From positions 32,896 through 96,895 of the forward strand of contig JANXCH010000001.1 in assembly GCA_025060295.1 (NCBI GenBank): a DNA stretch of 64,000 bases. Direction: 5' to 3'. The position numbers were made by a program, and so were the translations under genes. Below the pieces are notes generated by a model that saw nothing but the letters and a program-made list of their open reading frames with translations, searched no databases and was not told the origin of the DNA. Each line of letters opens with the position of its first letter. Positions within the stretch are counted from its first letter, which is position 1. Origin of the DNA: Dehalococcoidia bacterium (GTDB taxonomy: Bacteria > Chloroflexota > Dehalococcoidia > Lucifugimonadales > HRBIN23). Shown piece after piece: positions 52,776 to 62,383 of this stretch.

Positions 52776-54206
52776 ATGGTTTCTGAAATCCTCCACGACG
52801 GGCAACAGTACCCCCTTATTCCCTCCCCACGCTATCCGCGCCGCATTTATCCCCTCGATGAAAGAGATCTTACTCCTGAACAGCTAGCCGTCGTTTTTGC
52901 TATGACTTCGCGGCGCCCCGAGGCCTTTGACGAGATCGCCCGGCAAGTGAGCGAGACCAAAGCCAGCGAGTTCCACGAGAAGTGGGTGCTGGGATATGGT
53001 CATGCCTCAGTAGCCGAGCATGCCGTTTTGCATTTCGCTGTAGAGAACATCTCCCGTTTGGCTTGCGATGCGTTAGAGGACAATCGTTTGGCGTCCTATA
53101 CCGAGAAGTCGTCCCGCTTCCAGGTCATGCCTTCGGATGCCTTTTTTATTCCGCCCGAGTTGGACACGCACCCCGCCTTGCGGCGGGCCTATGTGGAGGC
53201 GTGCCAGGCTTTGTTCGGGGCCTACGAGCGCATGCTCCCTGCCTGTGTGGACTATCTGAAGAGCGTCCGCCCCCCAAAGCCTCAGGAGAAGGAGACTGCC
53301 TATGCCCTTCGCTTGCGGCGGGAGGCCATCGATGCCTGCCGGTTCGTTTTGCCCGCTGCCACCCTTACCAATGTCGGCGTTACGATGAATGCCCGCACCC
53401 TGGAACACGCTATAACAAAACTCTTATCGTCCGACCTTCAGGAGGAGCGGGACATCGGTCAGACCCTAAAAGAGCAGGGGCGCCGCATCACGCCCACTCT
53501 GGTGAAGTATGCCGAGGCCTCCAAGTATCTGCAGGGTCTGCGCCAGGTAGGTGCCGAATGGCCTGCGGGCGTGGGGACGGTGGAAACCTCTAGCACGGTG
53601 CGCCTGGTGTGGGCCGATCCTAACGGCGAGGAGCGCATCTTAGCGGCGTTCCTTTACCCCGCCCTGGGCCAATCCTATCACCAGGTGGCTGAAACGGTGC
53701 GACGCCTCTCGGCCGAGGAGCGTCAGGCTCTTTTCGCCCGCGTGCTGGGCACTTTGGGCGACTTTGACAGCCCACCCCGCGCTTTGGAGATGGCCTCGGT
53801 AACCCTGGAGGTGGTTCTGGACTATGGAGCGTATCGGGAGTTCAAACGCCACCGCATGCAGACCTACATCGCTCAGCCCCTGCGCGCGGATTTGGGGTAT
53901 GTGGTCCCCGAACTCCTGTGGCAGGCGGGGTTAGAGGGGGTGTATCATCAGGCCTTGCACACCGCGGAACGGGTGTGGCGGGAGGTGGTCCAGTGGAACC
54001 CCCGTGTGGCGGAATACCTGGTTACCCACGCCCACCGGCGACGGGTTCTGGCCCATATGAACCTGCGGGAGGCGTGGCATATCCTGCGCCTGCGCACCGG
54101 CCCCCAGGCCCACTTCTCCCTGCGAGAGGTGATGGAGCAGGCATTAGCCCTCCTCCACCAGCAGTATCCGAGCATTTTCCGCTGGTTCCGTCGGCGCACA
54201 CGGTGA
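52776..54206 (+). CDS. thyX: tandem-domain FAD-dependent thymidylate synthase (ThyX-like, about 477 aa)
   Basis: The first half carries GHASVAEHAVLHF and SYTEKSSRF (a degenerate RHR..S....S.RY, with RHR replaced by DNR). The second half carries FKRHRMQTY. ATG 52776 was chosen; the ORF-track start is 52692. Confidence 0.7.
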   Translation: MVSEILHDGQQYPLIPSPRYPRRIYPLDERDLTPEQLAVVFAMTSRRPEAFDEIARQVSETKASEFHEKWVLGYGHASVAEHAVLHFAVENISRLACDALEDNRLASYTEKSSRFQVMPSDAFFIPPELDTHPALRRAYVEACQALFGAYERMLPACVDYLKSVRPPKPQEKETAYALRLRREAIDACRFVLPAATLTNVGVTMNARTLEHAITKLLSSDLQEERDIGQTLKEQGRRITPTLVKYAEASKYLQGLRQVGAEWPAGVGTVETSSTVRLVWADPNGEERILAAFLYPALGQSYHQVAETVRRLSAEERQALFARVLGTLGDFDSPPRALEMASVTLEVVLDYGAYREFKRHRMQTYIAQPLRADLGYVVPELLWQAGLEGVYHQALHTAERVWREVVQWNPRVAEYLVTHAHRRRVLAHMNLREAWHILRLRTGPQAHFSLREVMEQALALLHQQYPSIFRWFRRRTR

Positions 54207-54233
54207 GAGGGGTGCCTGTGCCTTCTTGAGAGG

Positions 54234-55514
54234 CTACAATCGGCGCACACTGGGCAGGGCAACCGCAGCTGCTAACCCCAGAAGCAACAGGCACCCGCCC
54301 ATGCTCACCACAGCCCACGGTGCGGTAATGTAGGTCGCCAACACACCGGCCAACAGGCTCCCCAAAGGCACCAGCCCCTGGTCAAGACTGTAGATACTCA
54401 TCACCCGCCCCCGATAGTGGTCGGATACCACCATTTGGATCAGAGTGTTGTTGCTGGCCATAAAGGTCATTTGCCCCGCGCCTACAGTAATCAACAGCGC
54501 AATGGACAGGGGGAGCCAGCGGGAGAAGCCGAACAGCACCAACCCTGCCCCCATCATCGCCAGGCCAAGGAAGGCCACTAACCCCTTACGACGCACATTC
54601 CCCATCGTCGCCAGCATCAGGGAGCCTAACAGCGCTCCCCCCCCGAGGGAACTTAACAGTAGTCCTAAGCCCTCTGGCCCCATCCCCAGCACATCCTTGG
54701 CGAAGATCGGCATCAGGCTGTTCACGGGCATAGCCAATAGGAAGGGGAGCAGGCCGATCACGATAAGGGAAAGAAGCTGCTTATCCCGTTGCACATACCG
54801 CACGCCTTCCAAGAAGGAGCGATGGATGGGCTGGGTGCGCCCCTCTCCGCCGGGAGGCAAGGGGGTACGGATGCTAGCCATGCTCACTGCCGACCAGACA
54901 TAACATCCCGCTTGGATGAAGAAGTTGCCGGCCATCCCCACCAGGGCGATGAGGGCGCCCCCCACGGCCGGCCCCAAGATACGGGTGAAGTTGAAGGCCG
55001 CCGAACTGAGGGCGATAGCGTTCATCAGGTCAACGCGGGGAACGGTGCTCGGCACGGCGGCCTGACGGAGGGTCTGGTAGAAAGAGGTGCCACACCCCAT
55101 CAAAAAGGCAAAGGTATATACATGCCACACCTGCACCCACCCCCGCGCCACATCCAACGCGAATAGGAACGCTCCCACTGCCAAGATGGCCTCCACACCG
55201 ATGAGCAAAGGCCGGCGGTTCCAGCGGTCGGCCAACACCCCGGCCAAAGGGGCCATGAACCACACCGGCAGGGTACGCATGCCGTTGATAAGCCCCAACT
55301 GAATGGCCGAGCCAGTAAGGGTGTAGACCAGCCACCCCAGGGTCACTTGTTGGATCCATAAGGCTGCCCCAGCCGAGAGGGTGCCCATCCACAGGAACCG
55401 AAAGTCCCGATGGCGCAGGGAAAGGAAGGTGCGGGCGAGGCCTGCGGTGCGTGCACCTTCAGGGTGGGTCGACGAGGGTGCGGAGTCAACCGCTTTGTCT
55501 GTCGCTTTATCCAT
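54234..55514 (-). CDS. MFS transporter
   Basis: About 12 predicted hydrophobic segments, the loop 2-3 motif GVLADRWNRRPLL, and a length of 426 aa. Confidence 0.8.
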   Translation of the reverse strand: MDKATDKAVDSAPSSTHPEGARTAGLARTFLSLRHRDFRFLWMGTLSAGAALWIQQVTLGWLVYTLTGSAIQLGLINGMRTLPVWFMAPLAGVLADRWNRRPLLIGVEAILAVGAFLFALDVARGWVQVWHVYTFAFLMGCGTSFYQTLRQAAVPSTVPRVDLMNAIALSSAAFNFTRILGPAVGGALIALVGMAGNFFIQAGCYVWSAVSMASIRTPLPPGGEGRTQPIHRSFLEGVRYVQRDKQLLSLIVIGLLPFLLAMPVNSLMPIFAKDVLGMGPEGLGLLLSSLGGGALLGSLMLATMGNVRRKGLVAFLGLAMMGAGLVLFGFSRWLPLSIALLITVGAGQMTFMASNNTLIQMVVSDHYRGRVMSIYSLDQGLVPLGSLLAGVLATYITAPWAVVSMGGCLLLLGLAAAVALPSVRRL

Positions 55515-55557
55515 AATGCTAACGCCCTCTATTGTAATCCTGTCCTAGTGGGTGCAC

Positions 55558-55597
55558 CAGAGGATGAGCTTGCGCTGGGTGTGCTGGTCATCCTCTG
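55558..55597. repeat. perfect 10-bp inverted repeat with 20-nt loop between priA and the MFS gene
   Basis: CAGAGGATGA (55558..55567) and TCATCCTCTG (55588..55597). No flanking U-tract on either strand. Confidence 0.6.
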
Positions 55598-55615
55598 TTC
55601 ACACATCGGCAAACA

Positions 55616-58018
55616 TCACATCAAAGCGACAGGGTCTATGTCCACGCTCCATCCCAGGGGGATGGGGACATCCCGCAGGATGGGCACAGGGTCAGGGGCA
55701 CGGACGAGAATGTGCCAGCGGTAGTGCCCCTTCTCCCTCGGGGGATAGGCGGGTGCAGGCCCCACAATGTCCACCTGGCTCAGGCCCTGCGACGCTTTGG
55801 CCTCCCGCAGCACAGTAGCCAAACGGTAAGCCTCTCTTTGAGCCCGCTGGGGATTAGTGTGGCGGAAGCGGAGAAGGGCTAGGCGGCGGAAAGGAGGATC
55901 CAGCCACCGTTGCCGTCGGGCTATCTCCTGTGTATAGAACGCCAAAAAGTCTTGCCGTGTGGCTGCCGCCAGGGCGTAGTGGTCGGGGCGGTATGTCTGA
56001 ATGATGACCCGTCCCGGCTCCTCTTCCCGCCCGGCTCTGCCAGCGACTTGGCAGAGCACCTGGAAAACCCGCTCCCCTGCAAAGGGATCGGGGAGGGTTA
56101 GGCCGACATCGGCCAAGATAACTCCCACCAGCGCCACCCGGGGCAGATGCAGCCCTTTGGCCACCATCTGGGTTCCCACCAAAATGGGGGACTCCCCCCT
56201 TTCCATACGTGCCAAAATGTCCCAATGTTCTTGAAAACGGTGGGCCACATCCCGGTCCCAGCGTAAGGGGCGGACGCCAAAGCGGGCTTCCACTTCGCTG
56301 GCAACCCTCTGAACGCCTATGCCCAAGTGGCGCACACGGGTGCTCCCACAGGCGGGGCACTGCTCTATCACCCTGCGACGCCGTCCGCAATGGTGACACA
56401 CCAGCGCGGGGGTCGGCTGATGGTGCAAGGTAAAAGGGAAGTCGCAGGACGGGCAACGCACGGTTTCCCCACACTCCCGACACTGGACCACGGGCACCGC
56501 CCCCCGCCGGTTCAAGAATAGGATGGCCTGTAAGCCTTTGGCCAGGGTCTCTTCCAGGGCCGTCTGCAGCGCGCGGCTAAAGATGCTTTTATTCCCGGCC
56601 TTGAGTTCCTCCCGCATATCCACCACCTCCACCCTGGGGAGGGGGCCGGGGCGGGCTTCGCCCCCTGCTCCTGTGCGGATACGATAGGGCAGGGTGAGGA
56701 ACCCCCAGTCACCCCGTTGCGCCTGATAGGTGGATGTAACGCTGGGGGTAGCACTTCCCATTAGCACCACTGCTCCAGTCAGGCGTGCCAACTGCAGGGC
56801 TACTTCCCGTGTGTGGTAACGCGGGGGGAGGTCGTCCTGCTTGTAGGAGGGGTCGTGTTCCTCGTCCAGCACGATGAGGCCTAGGTGGGGCAGAGGGGCG
56901 AACACAGCGCTGCGCGCCCCCAGCAGGAGGCGCACCTGCCCCTGACGGGCGCGCCACCAGGTATCAAACCGTTGGCCCAGGGACAGACCGCTGTGAAGCA
57001 GTCCCAACCCTTCGGGGAAACGGCTCCCTACCCGCTCCACCAATTGAGGCGTCAACGAGATTTCGGGGACGAGGTAGATGGCTCTTTTGCCCAGGGCGAG
57101 GCAGTGCTCCAGGGCACGCAGGTAGACCTCGGTCTTTCCGCTCCCCGTAACCCCGTAGAGGAGAAAAACCCTTCGAGGTGAGCGCCCCTCCAAAGCCTCA
57201 GCCACCGCCATATACGCCTGTTGTTGTTCCGCCGTCAGGGAAGGCCGAGGATGCACTGCAAAGGTCAGCCCCGCCAAAGGGTCGCGCACCACAGGGGAGT
57301 ATTCCACCGAGGCCAGTCCCCGGCGCAGCAAACCGTGCACCGCAGAGGCTCCGAACTCTTTGCGAGCAGATGCCAGGGGAAGGGGGCTGTGAGCACGCAG
57401 GTGCTCCAGCAGGGCTTGCTGGCGTGCGGAGAGGGTGTGGGTGGGTGGTTGGGTGGAGGCCAGGTGCAGAAGGGCGATATTTTTGTGCCGAACGCGGGGG
57501 CGCTCCATACACCACGCGCTTGCAACCAAACCGTGGGCCAACAGCCAGCGCAGGCCACGCACTCCCGCCCGCCCCAATCGCTCTTGTATCTGGGCCGTGG
57601 TGAAAGGGTGAGCGGCCGAAAGGAGGTTCCACACTTTGTGAGCCTCTTCGGGCATCTTTGGTGGAGTCGGAGTCTGCGTGGGGGCGAAGACTCTCCGCAC
57701 ACGCCGCCGATATCCCGGGGGCAGGCAGAGGGCCACCGCATCCATCAGTGGGGAAAGTGTGGTCTCGCTGAGCCACTGGGCCAAAGAGAGATAGGGTGGG
57801 GGCAAAAGGGGTTCAGGGTCTACCAGGCCAGCGATGGGCCGTGTGGGGAAGGGGGGAGGGCTGTCCAAGACCTCCATCGCCACACCGAAGGCCAGGCGCG
57901 CCCCCAAAGGCACCCACAGGGCGTGGCCCGGCTGGACATCCAAAGTTGCTGGCACAGAATAGGTGAGGCAACGCCCTGGTGCCAAAGGGGCGTCCACAGC
58001 CACTGACACAAACCGCAC
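55616..58018 (-). CDS. priA: primosomal protein N' (replication restart helicase PriA)
   Basis: Walker A GVTGSGKTEVY, DEEH box VLDEEHD, and the Cys-rich Zn module CRECG..VRCPSC....HH......CHHCG.......CPACGS. GTG 58018 lies 10 nt after AAGGAG. Confidence 0.92.
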   Translation of the reverse strand: MRFVSVAVDAPLAPGRCLTYSVPATLDVQPGHALWVPLGARLAFGVAMEVLDSPPPFPTRPIAGLVDPEPLLPPPYLSLAQWLSETTLSPLMDAVALCLPPGYRRRVRRVFAPTQTPTPPKMPEEAHKVWNLLSAAHPFTTAQIQERLGRAGVRGLRWLLAHGLVASAWCMERPRVRHKNIALLHLASTQPPTHTLSARQQALLEHLRAHSPLPLASARKEFGASAVHGLLRRGLASVEYSPVVRDPLAGLTFAVHPRPSLTAEQQQAYMAVAEALEGRSPRRVFLLYGVTGSGKTEVYLRALEHCLALGKRAIYLVPEISLTPQLVERVGSRFPEGLGLLHSGLSLGQRFDTWWRARQGQVRLLLGARSAVFAPLPHLGLIVLDEEHDPSYKQDDLPPRYHTREVALQLARLTGAVVLMGSATPSVTSTYQAQRGDWGFLTLPYRIRTGAGGEARPGPLPRVEVVDMREELKAGNKSIFSRALQTALEETLAKGLQAILFLNRRGAVPVVQCRECGETVRCPSCDFPFTLHHQPTPALVCHHCGRRRRVIEQCPACGSTRVRHLGIGVQRVASEVEARFGVRPLRWDRDVAHRFQEHWDILARMERGESPILVGTQMVAKGLHLPRVALVGVILADVGLTLPDPFAGERVFQVLCQVAGRAGREEEPGRVIIQTYRPDHYALAAATRQDFLAFYTQEIARRQRWLDPPFRRLALLRFRHTNPQRAQREAYRLATVLREAKASQGLSQVDIVGPAPAYPPREKGHYRWHILVRAPDPVPILRDVPIPLGWSVDIDPVALM

Positions 58019-58032
58019 CCGGCACCGGCTCC

Positions 58033-58440
58033 TTAGGAGGAGGACGAAGGCGCAGGGGAGGGGGCGGGAGAAGTAACTTCAGCAGAAGTGGGGGAACGGC
58101 GCGCCCCTTCTTTAATGCGCGCCGCCTTACCCGTGAGGTTGCGAAGGTAGTACAGACGGGCCCGGCGTACGCTCCCCCTGCGCACCACATCTACCCCCGC
58201 AATCATGGGAGAGGCAACGGGGAAGGTGCGCTCAATCCCTGTGCCGTAAGCCATGCGGCGAACGGTAAATGTCGCCCCGGGTCCTGTCCCCCGTTTGCGT
58301 ATCACCACCCCCTCAAAGGCCTGCACCCGCTCCCTGTCCCCTTCCTTGATGCGGAACAGGACACGCACCGTATCCCCGGGGCGAAAATCGGGCAGACTGG
58401 GAGCACCCTCCAAACGAACCAAGTGGTGGGCTTCAGGCAT
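58033..58440 (-). CDS. rplS: 50S ribosomal protein L19 (with about 20-aa Ser/Pro-rich C-terminal tail)
   Basis: FRPGDTVRV...I.EG.RERVQ.FEGVVI...G.G...TFTVRR...G.G.ER.FP..SP.I..V.VVRRG.VRRA.LYYLR. Confidence 0.93.
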   Translation of the reverse strand: MPEAHHLVRLEGAPSLPDFRPGDTVRVLFRIKEGDRERVQAFEGVVIRKRGTGPGATFTVRRMAYGTGIERTFPVASPMIAGVDVVRRGSVRRARLYYLRNLTGKAARIKEGARRSPTSAEVTSPAPSPAPSSSS

Positions 58441-58782
58441 GGAACCGGCCTCGCTGTGTACACTCTCTGGGACTATATGCTATCACGCCACCTAAGAATG
58501 CGCAACGGGAGAAGAAGGGGACCTTTCGGCTCTAGCCTCCCCCTTGACGACTCACCCAATCCTCCAGGCGCAAGCCACCAATCCCCCCCAGCGGGAGCAC
58601 CACCAGGGCCGGCTACCACTTCGCCTGTGGAATTCTCGTGTACCCCTTGTGCAAGAACCACTCGGCAGTGGGCCTGGGAATGCTCTCCTGCGAACAGGCC
58701 GATGGGCAGGCCAATGGAGCAAACAGACACGGCTCACACCAGCACCATTCCTCTGACCACCTTACCGTGGCCTCGGAACCGG

Positions 58783-59022
58783 TTACTCCTCCCCACATAG
58801 GATTCCCACCAATCCCACGGCCACATTGAACACGACGGCGAAGGTCATGCCGGTGAGTAATGCGCTCCACACCCGCAGCCCCATCCTCTGCTCCAGGGAC
58901 CCCGAGGCGATGTCCAAAAGTACCAGAGTGGCCGCCCCCAGGGCGAAAGCCCCCACCGACAGCACACCTATGATAACGGGGTAATTAGGGTTGCGTTTTA
59001 GGCGGCGGTAGAATTGGCACAT
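58783..59022 (-). CDS. small membrane protein (79 aa), hypothetical
   Basis: Two hydrophobic segments (YPVIIGVLSVGAFALGAATLVLL; LLTGMTFAVVFNVAVGLVGIL). The start is uncertain (ATG 59022 versus TTG 59088). Confidence 0.4.
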   Translation of the reverse strand: MCQFYRRLKRNPNYPVIIGVLSVGAFALGAATLVLLDIASGSLEQRMGLRVWSALLTGMTFAVVFNVAVGLVGILCGEE

Positions 59023-59189
59023 AATCCCCAGCGACCTCCTCTGCGGGCTATCGGTGCCAAAGGTAACCCGTTGCGCCCAGGATGTCAAGAGCGGAAAAAT
59101 CTGAAAAAGCCTATGGGAGTGCGTCCCCCACTTTGTGTGTCACATTGGATTCGTCCCCTTGCGGAGGGGGCATCCCCTACCGAAGGCGA

Positions 59190-59198
59190 TGCTATAAT
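59190..59198 (+). promoter_or_regulatory. putative extended -10 promoter element (TGcTATAAT)
   Basis: TGCTATAAT at 59190..59198, 21 nt upstream of ATG 59219, with the SD GGAAGGAGGGGG in between. I found no clear -35 element. Confidence 0.4.
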
Positions 59199-59218
59199 GG
59201 CCTGCGGAAGGAGGGGGC

Positions 59219-60028
59219 ATGCCTTACGAGACCATCGTGCTCGACACATGGGGTGATGAGCGCATCGCCCGCATTACCCTAAACCGTCCCGATCGCTTGA
59301 ACGCCATTAACAGCACGATGCTGGAGGAACTGGCGGATGCAGTAGAGCGGGTCGCCAACGATGACCGGGTGCGGGTGGTAGTGCTCACGGGGGCAGGGCG
59401 TGCCTTCTGCTCGGGTGCTGATGTGAGTGGCATGGCTGGTGGGGGAGGCCCTCACGACAGCCCCAGCGCCGAGGAACTCCGCCGGGGTTTCCGCTACCCC
59501 CAGCGTATTATGCTGGGGATACACAGGATGGAGAAACCCGTCATCGGGATGATCAACGGTCTGGCAGCGGGGGCGGGCTTTGACCTGGCTTGCGCCTGCG
59601 ACCTGCGGGTGGGCTGTCCCGATAGTCGTTTCATGGTAGCCTTCGTGCGTATTGGCCTCTTCCCGGGGTATGGGGGCACATGGCTCTACCCCCGCGCTTT
59701 GGGGAGCATCCCCAAGGCGGCGGAACTCCTGTTCACCGGCGACTGGTTAGAGGCCGAGGAGGCCTTTCGCTTCGGCCTGCTCAACCGCCTGGTTCCGAAA
59801 GAGCGCCTAGAGGAGGAGACCTTGGCTCTGGCTACCCGTATCGCCGAAGGCCCGCCTATTGCAATTCGCCTGGCCAAGATGATGCTCTACCGGGGATTGG
59901 AGGTGGACCTGGAGACGGCAATGCTGATGGCCGCTGCCGCCGAGACCATCACCCTCACCTCCGAAGACCACCGCGAGGGTGTGGCCGCTTTCCGTGAGAA
60001 GCGGAAGCCGGTCTATAAGGGGCGCTGA
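59219..60028 (+). CDS. enoyl-CoA hydratase/isomerase family protein
   Basis: ITLNRPDRLNA, LTGAGRAFCSGADV, PVIGMINGLAAGAG.DLA.ACD and EG..AF.EKR.P. Confidence 0.88.
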   Translation: MPYETIVLDTWGDERIARITLNRPDRLNAINSTMLEELADAVERVANDDRVRVVVLTGAGRAFCSGADVSGMAGGGGPHDSPSAEELRRGFRYPQRIMLGIHRMEKPVIGMINGLAAGAGFDLACACDLRVGCPDSRFMVAFVRIGLFPGYGGTWLYPRALGSIPKAAELLFTGDWLEAEEAFRFGLLNRLVPKERLEEETLALATRIAEGPPIAIRLAKMMLYRGLEVDLETAMLMAAAAETITLTSEDHREGVAAFREKRKPVYKGR

Positions 60029-60079
60029 GGGGCCTGTGCACAGACCCCAGAGGCATTACTCCTTGGAGTGAGGTCTTCT

Positions 60080-61030
60080 ATGCCCATCTATGAGCCTCTC
60101 AGGGTGTTTAGTGGGCGTGCCCATCCCGAACTGGCCAAGGGCATCTGTGCCTATTTAGGCATCCCCCTGGGCCAAGCCACGGTGTTCAAGTTCAGTAACG
60201 ATAACACCTTTGTCCAATACCTCGAGAACATCCGCGGGCGGGACGTGTTCCTCGTCCAACCTTTCGCCTACCCCGTGAACGATACGATTATGGAACTGCT
60301 TATCATGATCGACGCCGCCAAACGGGCGTCGGCGGGGCGCATCACCGCTGTCATCCCCTACTATGCCTATGGCCGCACCGATAAAAAAGACCAGCCCCGT
60401 GTCCCCATTACCGCACGCCTGATAGCCGACTTGGTTAGCACTGCAGGTGCTCACCGAGTGCTTACCATAGACCTCCACTCGGAGCAGATTCAGGGCTTTT
60501 TCAACATCCCGGTGGACGAGTTATCCGCCCGCCCTCTGCTGACGCGTTACATCGCCGACAAGGGTCTCACCAATATGGTGGTCGTCGCGGTGGACATTGG
60601 TATCAGCAAGGCGGCCCGCAATATGGCTCAGCGGTTAGGAGTCCCCCTGGCCATTATTGAGAAGCGACGGTTAGGTAACCTAGAGCGCACCGAGTCCCTG
60701 AACATCATCGGGGATGTGCGGGGGAAGATAGCCGTTACCCTGGATGATGAGATAGACACGGCAGGGTCGCTGCTGGCTGCCACAGAGGCTTTGCGTCGTG
60801 CCGGGGCGGTGGAGATTTACGCCTGCGCCACCCACGGGGTGTTTTCGGGACCGGCTTTGGAGCGCATCGCCGCCAGCCCTATCAAAGAGGTGGTCATTAC
60901 CGATACCCTGCCCCTTCCGCCCGACAAGCGTAACCCGAAGATCACCGTGCTTTCGGTGGCGCCCTTGCTTGGTGAGGCTATACGCCGTATTCACGAGGGG
61001 CTCTCGGTGGGGGCTATGTTCGCCGAGTAA
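60080..61030 (+). CDS. prs: ribose-phosphate diphosphokinase
   Basis: FSG..HPELA..I, the PRPP motif VIPYYAYGRTDKK, DLHS.QIQGFF, and DDEIDTAGS. Confidence 0.93.
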   Translation: MPIYEPLRVFSGRAHPELAKGICAYLGIPLGQATVFKFSNDNTFVQYLENIRGRDVFLVQPFAYPVNDTIMELLIMIDAAKRASAGRITAVIPYYAYGRTDKKDQPRVPITARLIADLVSTAGAHRVLTIDLHSEQIQGFFNIPVDELSARPLLTRYIADKGLTNMVVVAVDIGISKAARNMAQRLGVPLAIIEKRRLGNLERTESLNIIGDVRGKIAVTLDDEIDTAGSLLAATEALRRAGAVEIYACATHGVFSGPALERIAASPIKEVVITDTLPLPPDKRNPKITVLSVAPLLGEAIRRIHEGLSVGAMFAE

Positions 61031-61132
61031 CAAGGTGCCTCAAATGGTAGCCAGGGGGTATGCATGCAGGGGCCGACACTGGTGTAGCGCTGTCCTGGAC
61101 GATGGCGTCACCCCCGCCCCTTTTCACGACCG

Positions 61133-61160
61133 AAAAGCCCGCCCACCGTCAGAAGCGGGC
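61133..61160 (-). terminator. weak candidate terminator downstream of the HD-domain gene
   Basis: On the minus strand GCCCGC (61160..61155) and GCGGGC (61142..61137) with a 12-nt loop, followed by TTTTCG. Confidence 0.3.
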
Positions 61161-61236
61161 ATCGCCTGCCTGGGAGCGGCGCCTGTGCGAAAGCCCGTGG
61201 CCCCTAGCCGCCCCCTGGCCTGGGGTTTTCCGCCAG

Positions 61237-61836
61237 TCAGAGCACAGGTGCGCTGGGCGCAATGCCTTGTGCCTGCAGGAGGGCGTTCCAGGCGTCCACC
61301 GTTGCGGGATGTAGGAGGTTGCCCTGCTCTACCAGGCGGACAATCTGCCGACGCAAATAGACTCGCATGGCCGTGTCCAGGTTGTGGCGGGCCAGACTGG
61401 CCACCTCGTCTAGGAAGGGGACGGCCTGGGCATATTTGCCCTCATCCAGTTTGTCGGCGAGGAAAACCACCTTGCCTAGAGGCGTCAAGAGGGGGTGGGC
61501 TGTGGTGTGCCAACGCACGGCGTCCAGCACCTCTGGGTGGGTGATACCCATCCCTTGCAAGCGCAGAGCCGCTACAGGGCCGTGCAGGAGAAGGGGGACG
61601 GCCTCCTCTACGGGATGCACTGTTAGCCCCTGCTGGCGCGCCTCCTGCAGCAACAGGTGGGGAGGTTCAGCACGGCATAAGTCGTGGGCGAGGGCAGCCA
61701 GGGAGGCCGTGTCCTCGTCCAGGCCGTGGTGGCGGGCCAGCTCCCGAGCCAGGGCTTGCGTGCGCCAGAGATGAGCCTGCAGACCGTCGGGGAGACGGCG
61801 CAGCGCTTCTTCCAGAAGGGGTGGGATGGCGCGCAC
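61237..61836 (-). CDS. HD-domain phosphohydrolase, YqeK-like
   Basis: HD motif LAALAHDL, a later H..AH pair, and a size (about 199 aa) and layout resembling YqeK-type bis(5'-nucleosyl)-tetraphosphatases. The GTG start lies 2 nt after the HIT gene stop. Confidence 0.65.
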   Translation of the reverse strand: MRAIPPLLEEALRRLPDGLQAHLWRTQALARELARHHGLDEDTASLAALAHDLCRAEPPHLLLQEARQQGLTVHPVEEAVPLLLHGPVAALRLQGMGITHPEVLDAVRWHTTAHPLLTPLGKVVFLADKLDEGKYAQAVPFLDEVASLARHNLDTAMRVYLRRQIVRLVEQGNLLHPATVDAWNALLQAQGIAPSAPVL

Positions 61837-61838
61837 GG

Positions 61839-62183
61839 TTAGCCCAAAGGCCCCAGGCGTTTGCCCCCCAAAAGGTGCAGGTGTAGGTGGGAAATCTCCT
61901 GCCCGGAGTTGGGCCCCTGGTTCACAATCAGACGGTAACCCGTCGCCCCCAGGCCCTCCCGTTTGGCCATCTCCTCAGCCACTGTGAAGAGGTGGCCCAC
62001 CATCGGCTCTAAGCTTTCCGTGAGGTAGGTGAGGTAGGTGAAGTGGCGGGTGGGGATAATCAGGAGGTGCACCGGTGCCCTAGGGCGAATATCACGAATG
62101 ACAAAGGCCTGACCGTCGTCATAGAGGATGGTGCTGGGAACCTGGCGGCGATAGATCTTGCAGAAGATGCAATCTTGGGGCAT
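61839..62183 (-). CDS. HIT-family (histidine triad) protein
   Basis: N-terminal CIFCKI and the histidine triad HLHLHLLGG. ATG 62183 lies 9 nt after AGGAGG. Confidence 0.88.
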   Translation of the reverse strand: MPQDCIFCKIYRRQVPSTILYDDGQAFVIRDIRPRAPVHLLIIPTRHFTYLTYLTESLEPMVGHLFTVAEEMAKREGLGATGYRLIVNQGPNSGQEISHLHLHLLGGKRLGPLG

Positions 62184-62262
62184 ACGCCTTTGCCTCCTGG
62201 GCACTGGTGGGGATTATTGTAGCATAGACGGGGAGGAGCAGATGCCCCATGGCGGACTGGGC

Positions 62263-62339
62263 TGGCGACCCGGAGGGGATTCGAACCCCCGATCTCCGCC
62301 GTGACAGGGCGGTATGTTAGGCCGCTACACCACCGGGCC
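62263..62339 (-). tRNA. tRNA-Asp (anticodon GTC), CCA encoded
   Basis: Hand-folded on the minus strand: acceptor GGCCCGG/CCGGGTC (one G-U pair), anticodon stem CCGCC/GGCGG with loop CTGTCAC, T arm GGGGG-TTCGAAT-CCCCT, discriminator G, terminal CCA. Confidence 0.9.
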
Positions 62340-62383
62340 GGTCATGTCCTATCTTATGGGAGAGCAGGCCAGGTGTCAACAAG

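Noticed and set aside
62021-62047. 9-bp tandem repeat GTGAGGTAG GTGAGGTAG (GTGAAGTGG) inside the HIT gene, encoding TYLTYL
   Set aside because: It is in frame, and the distance between conserved HIT elements is the same as in typical family members. It is probably a chance or ancient duplication with no sign of slippage polymorphism or disruption.
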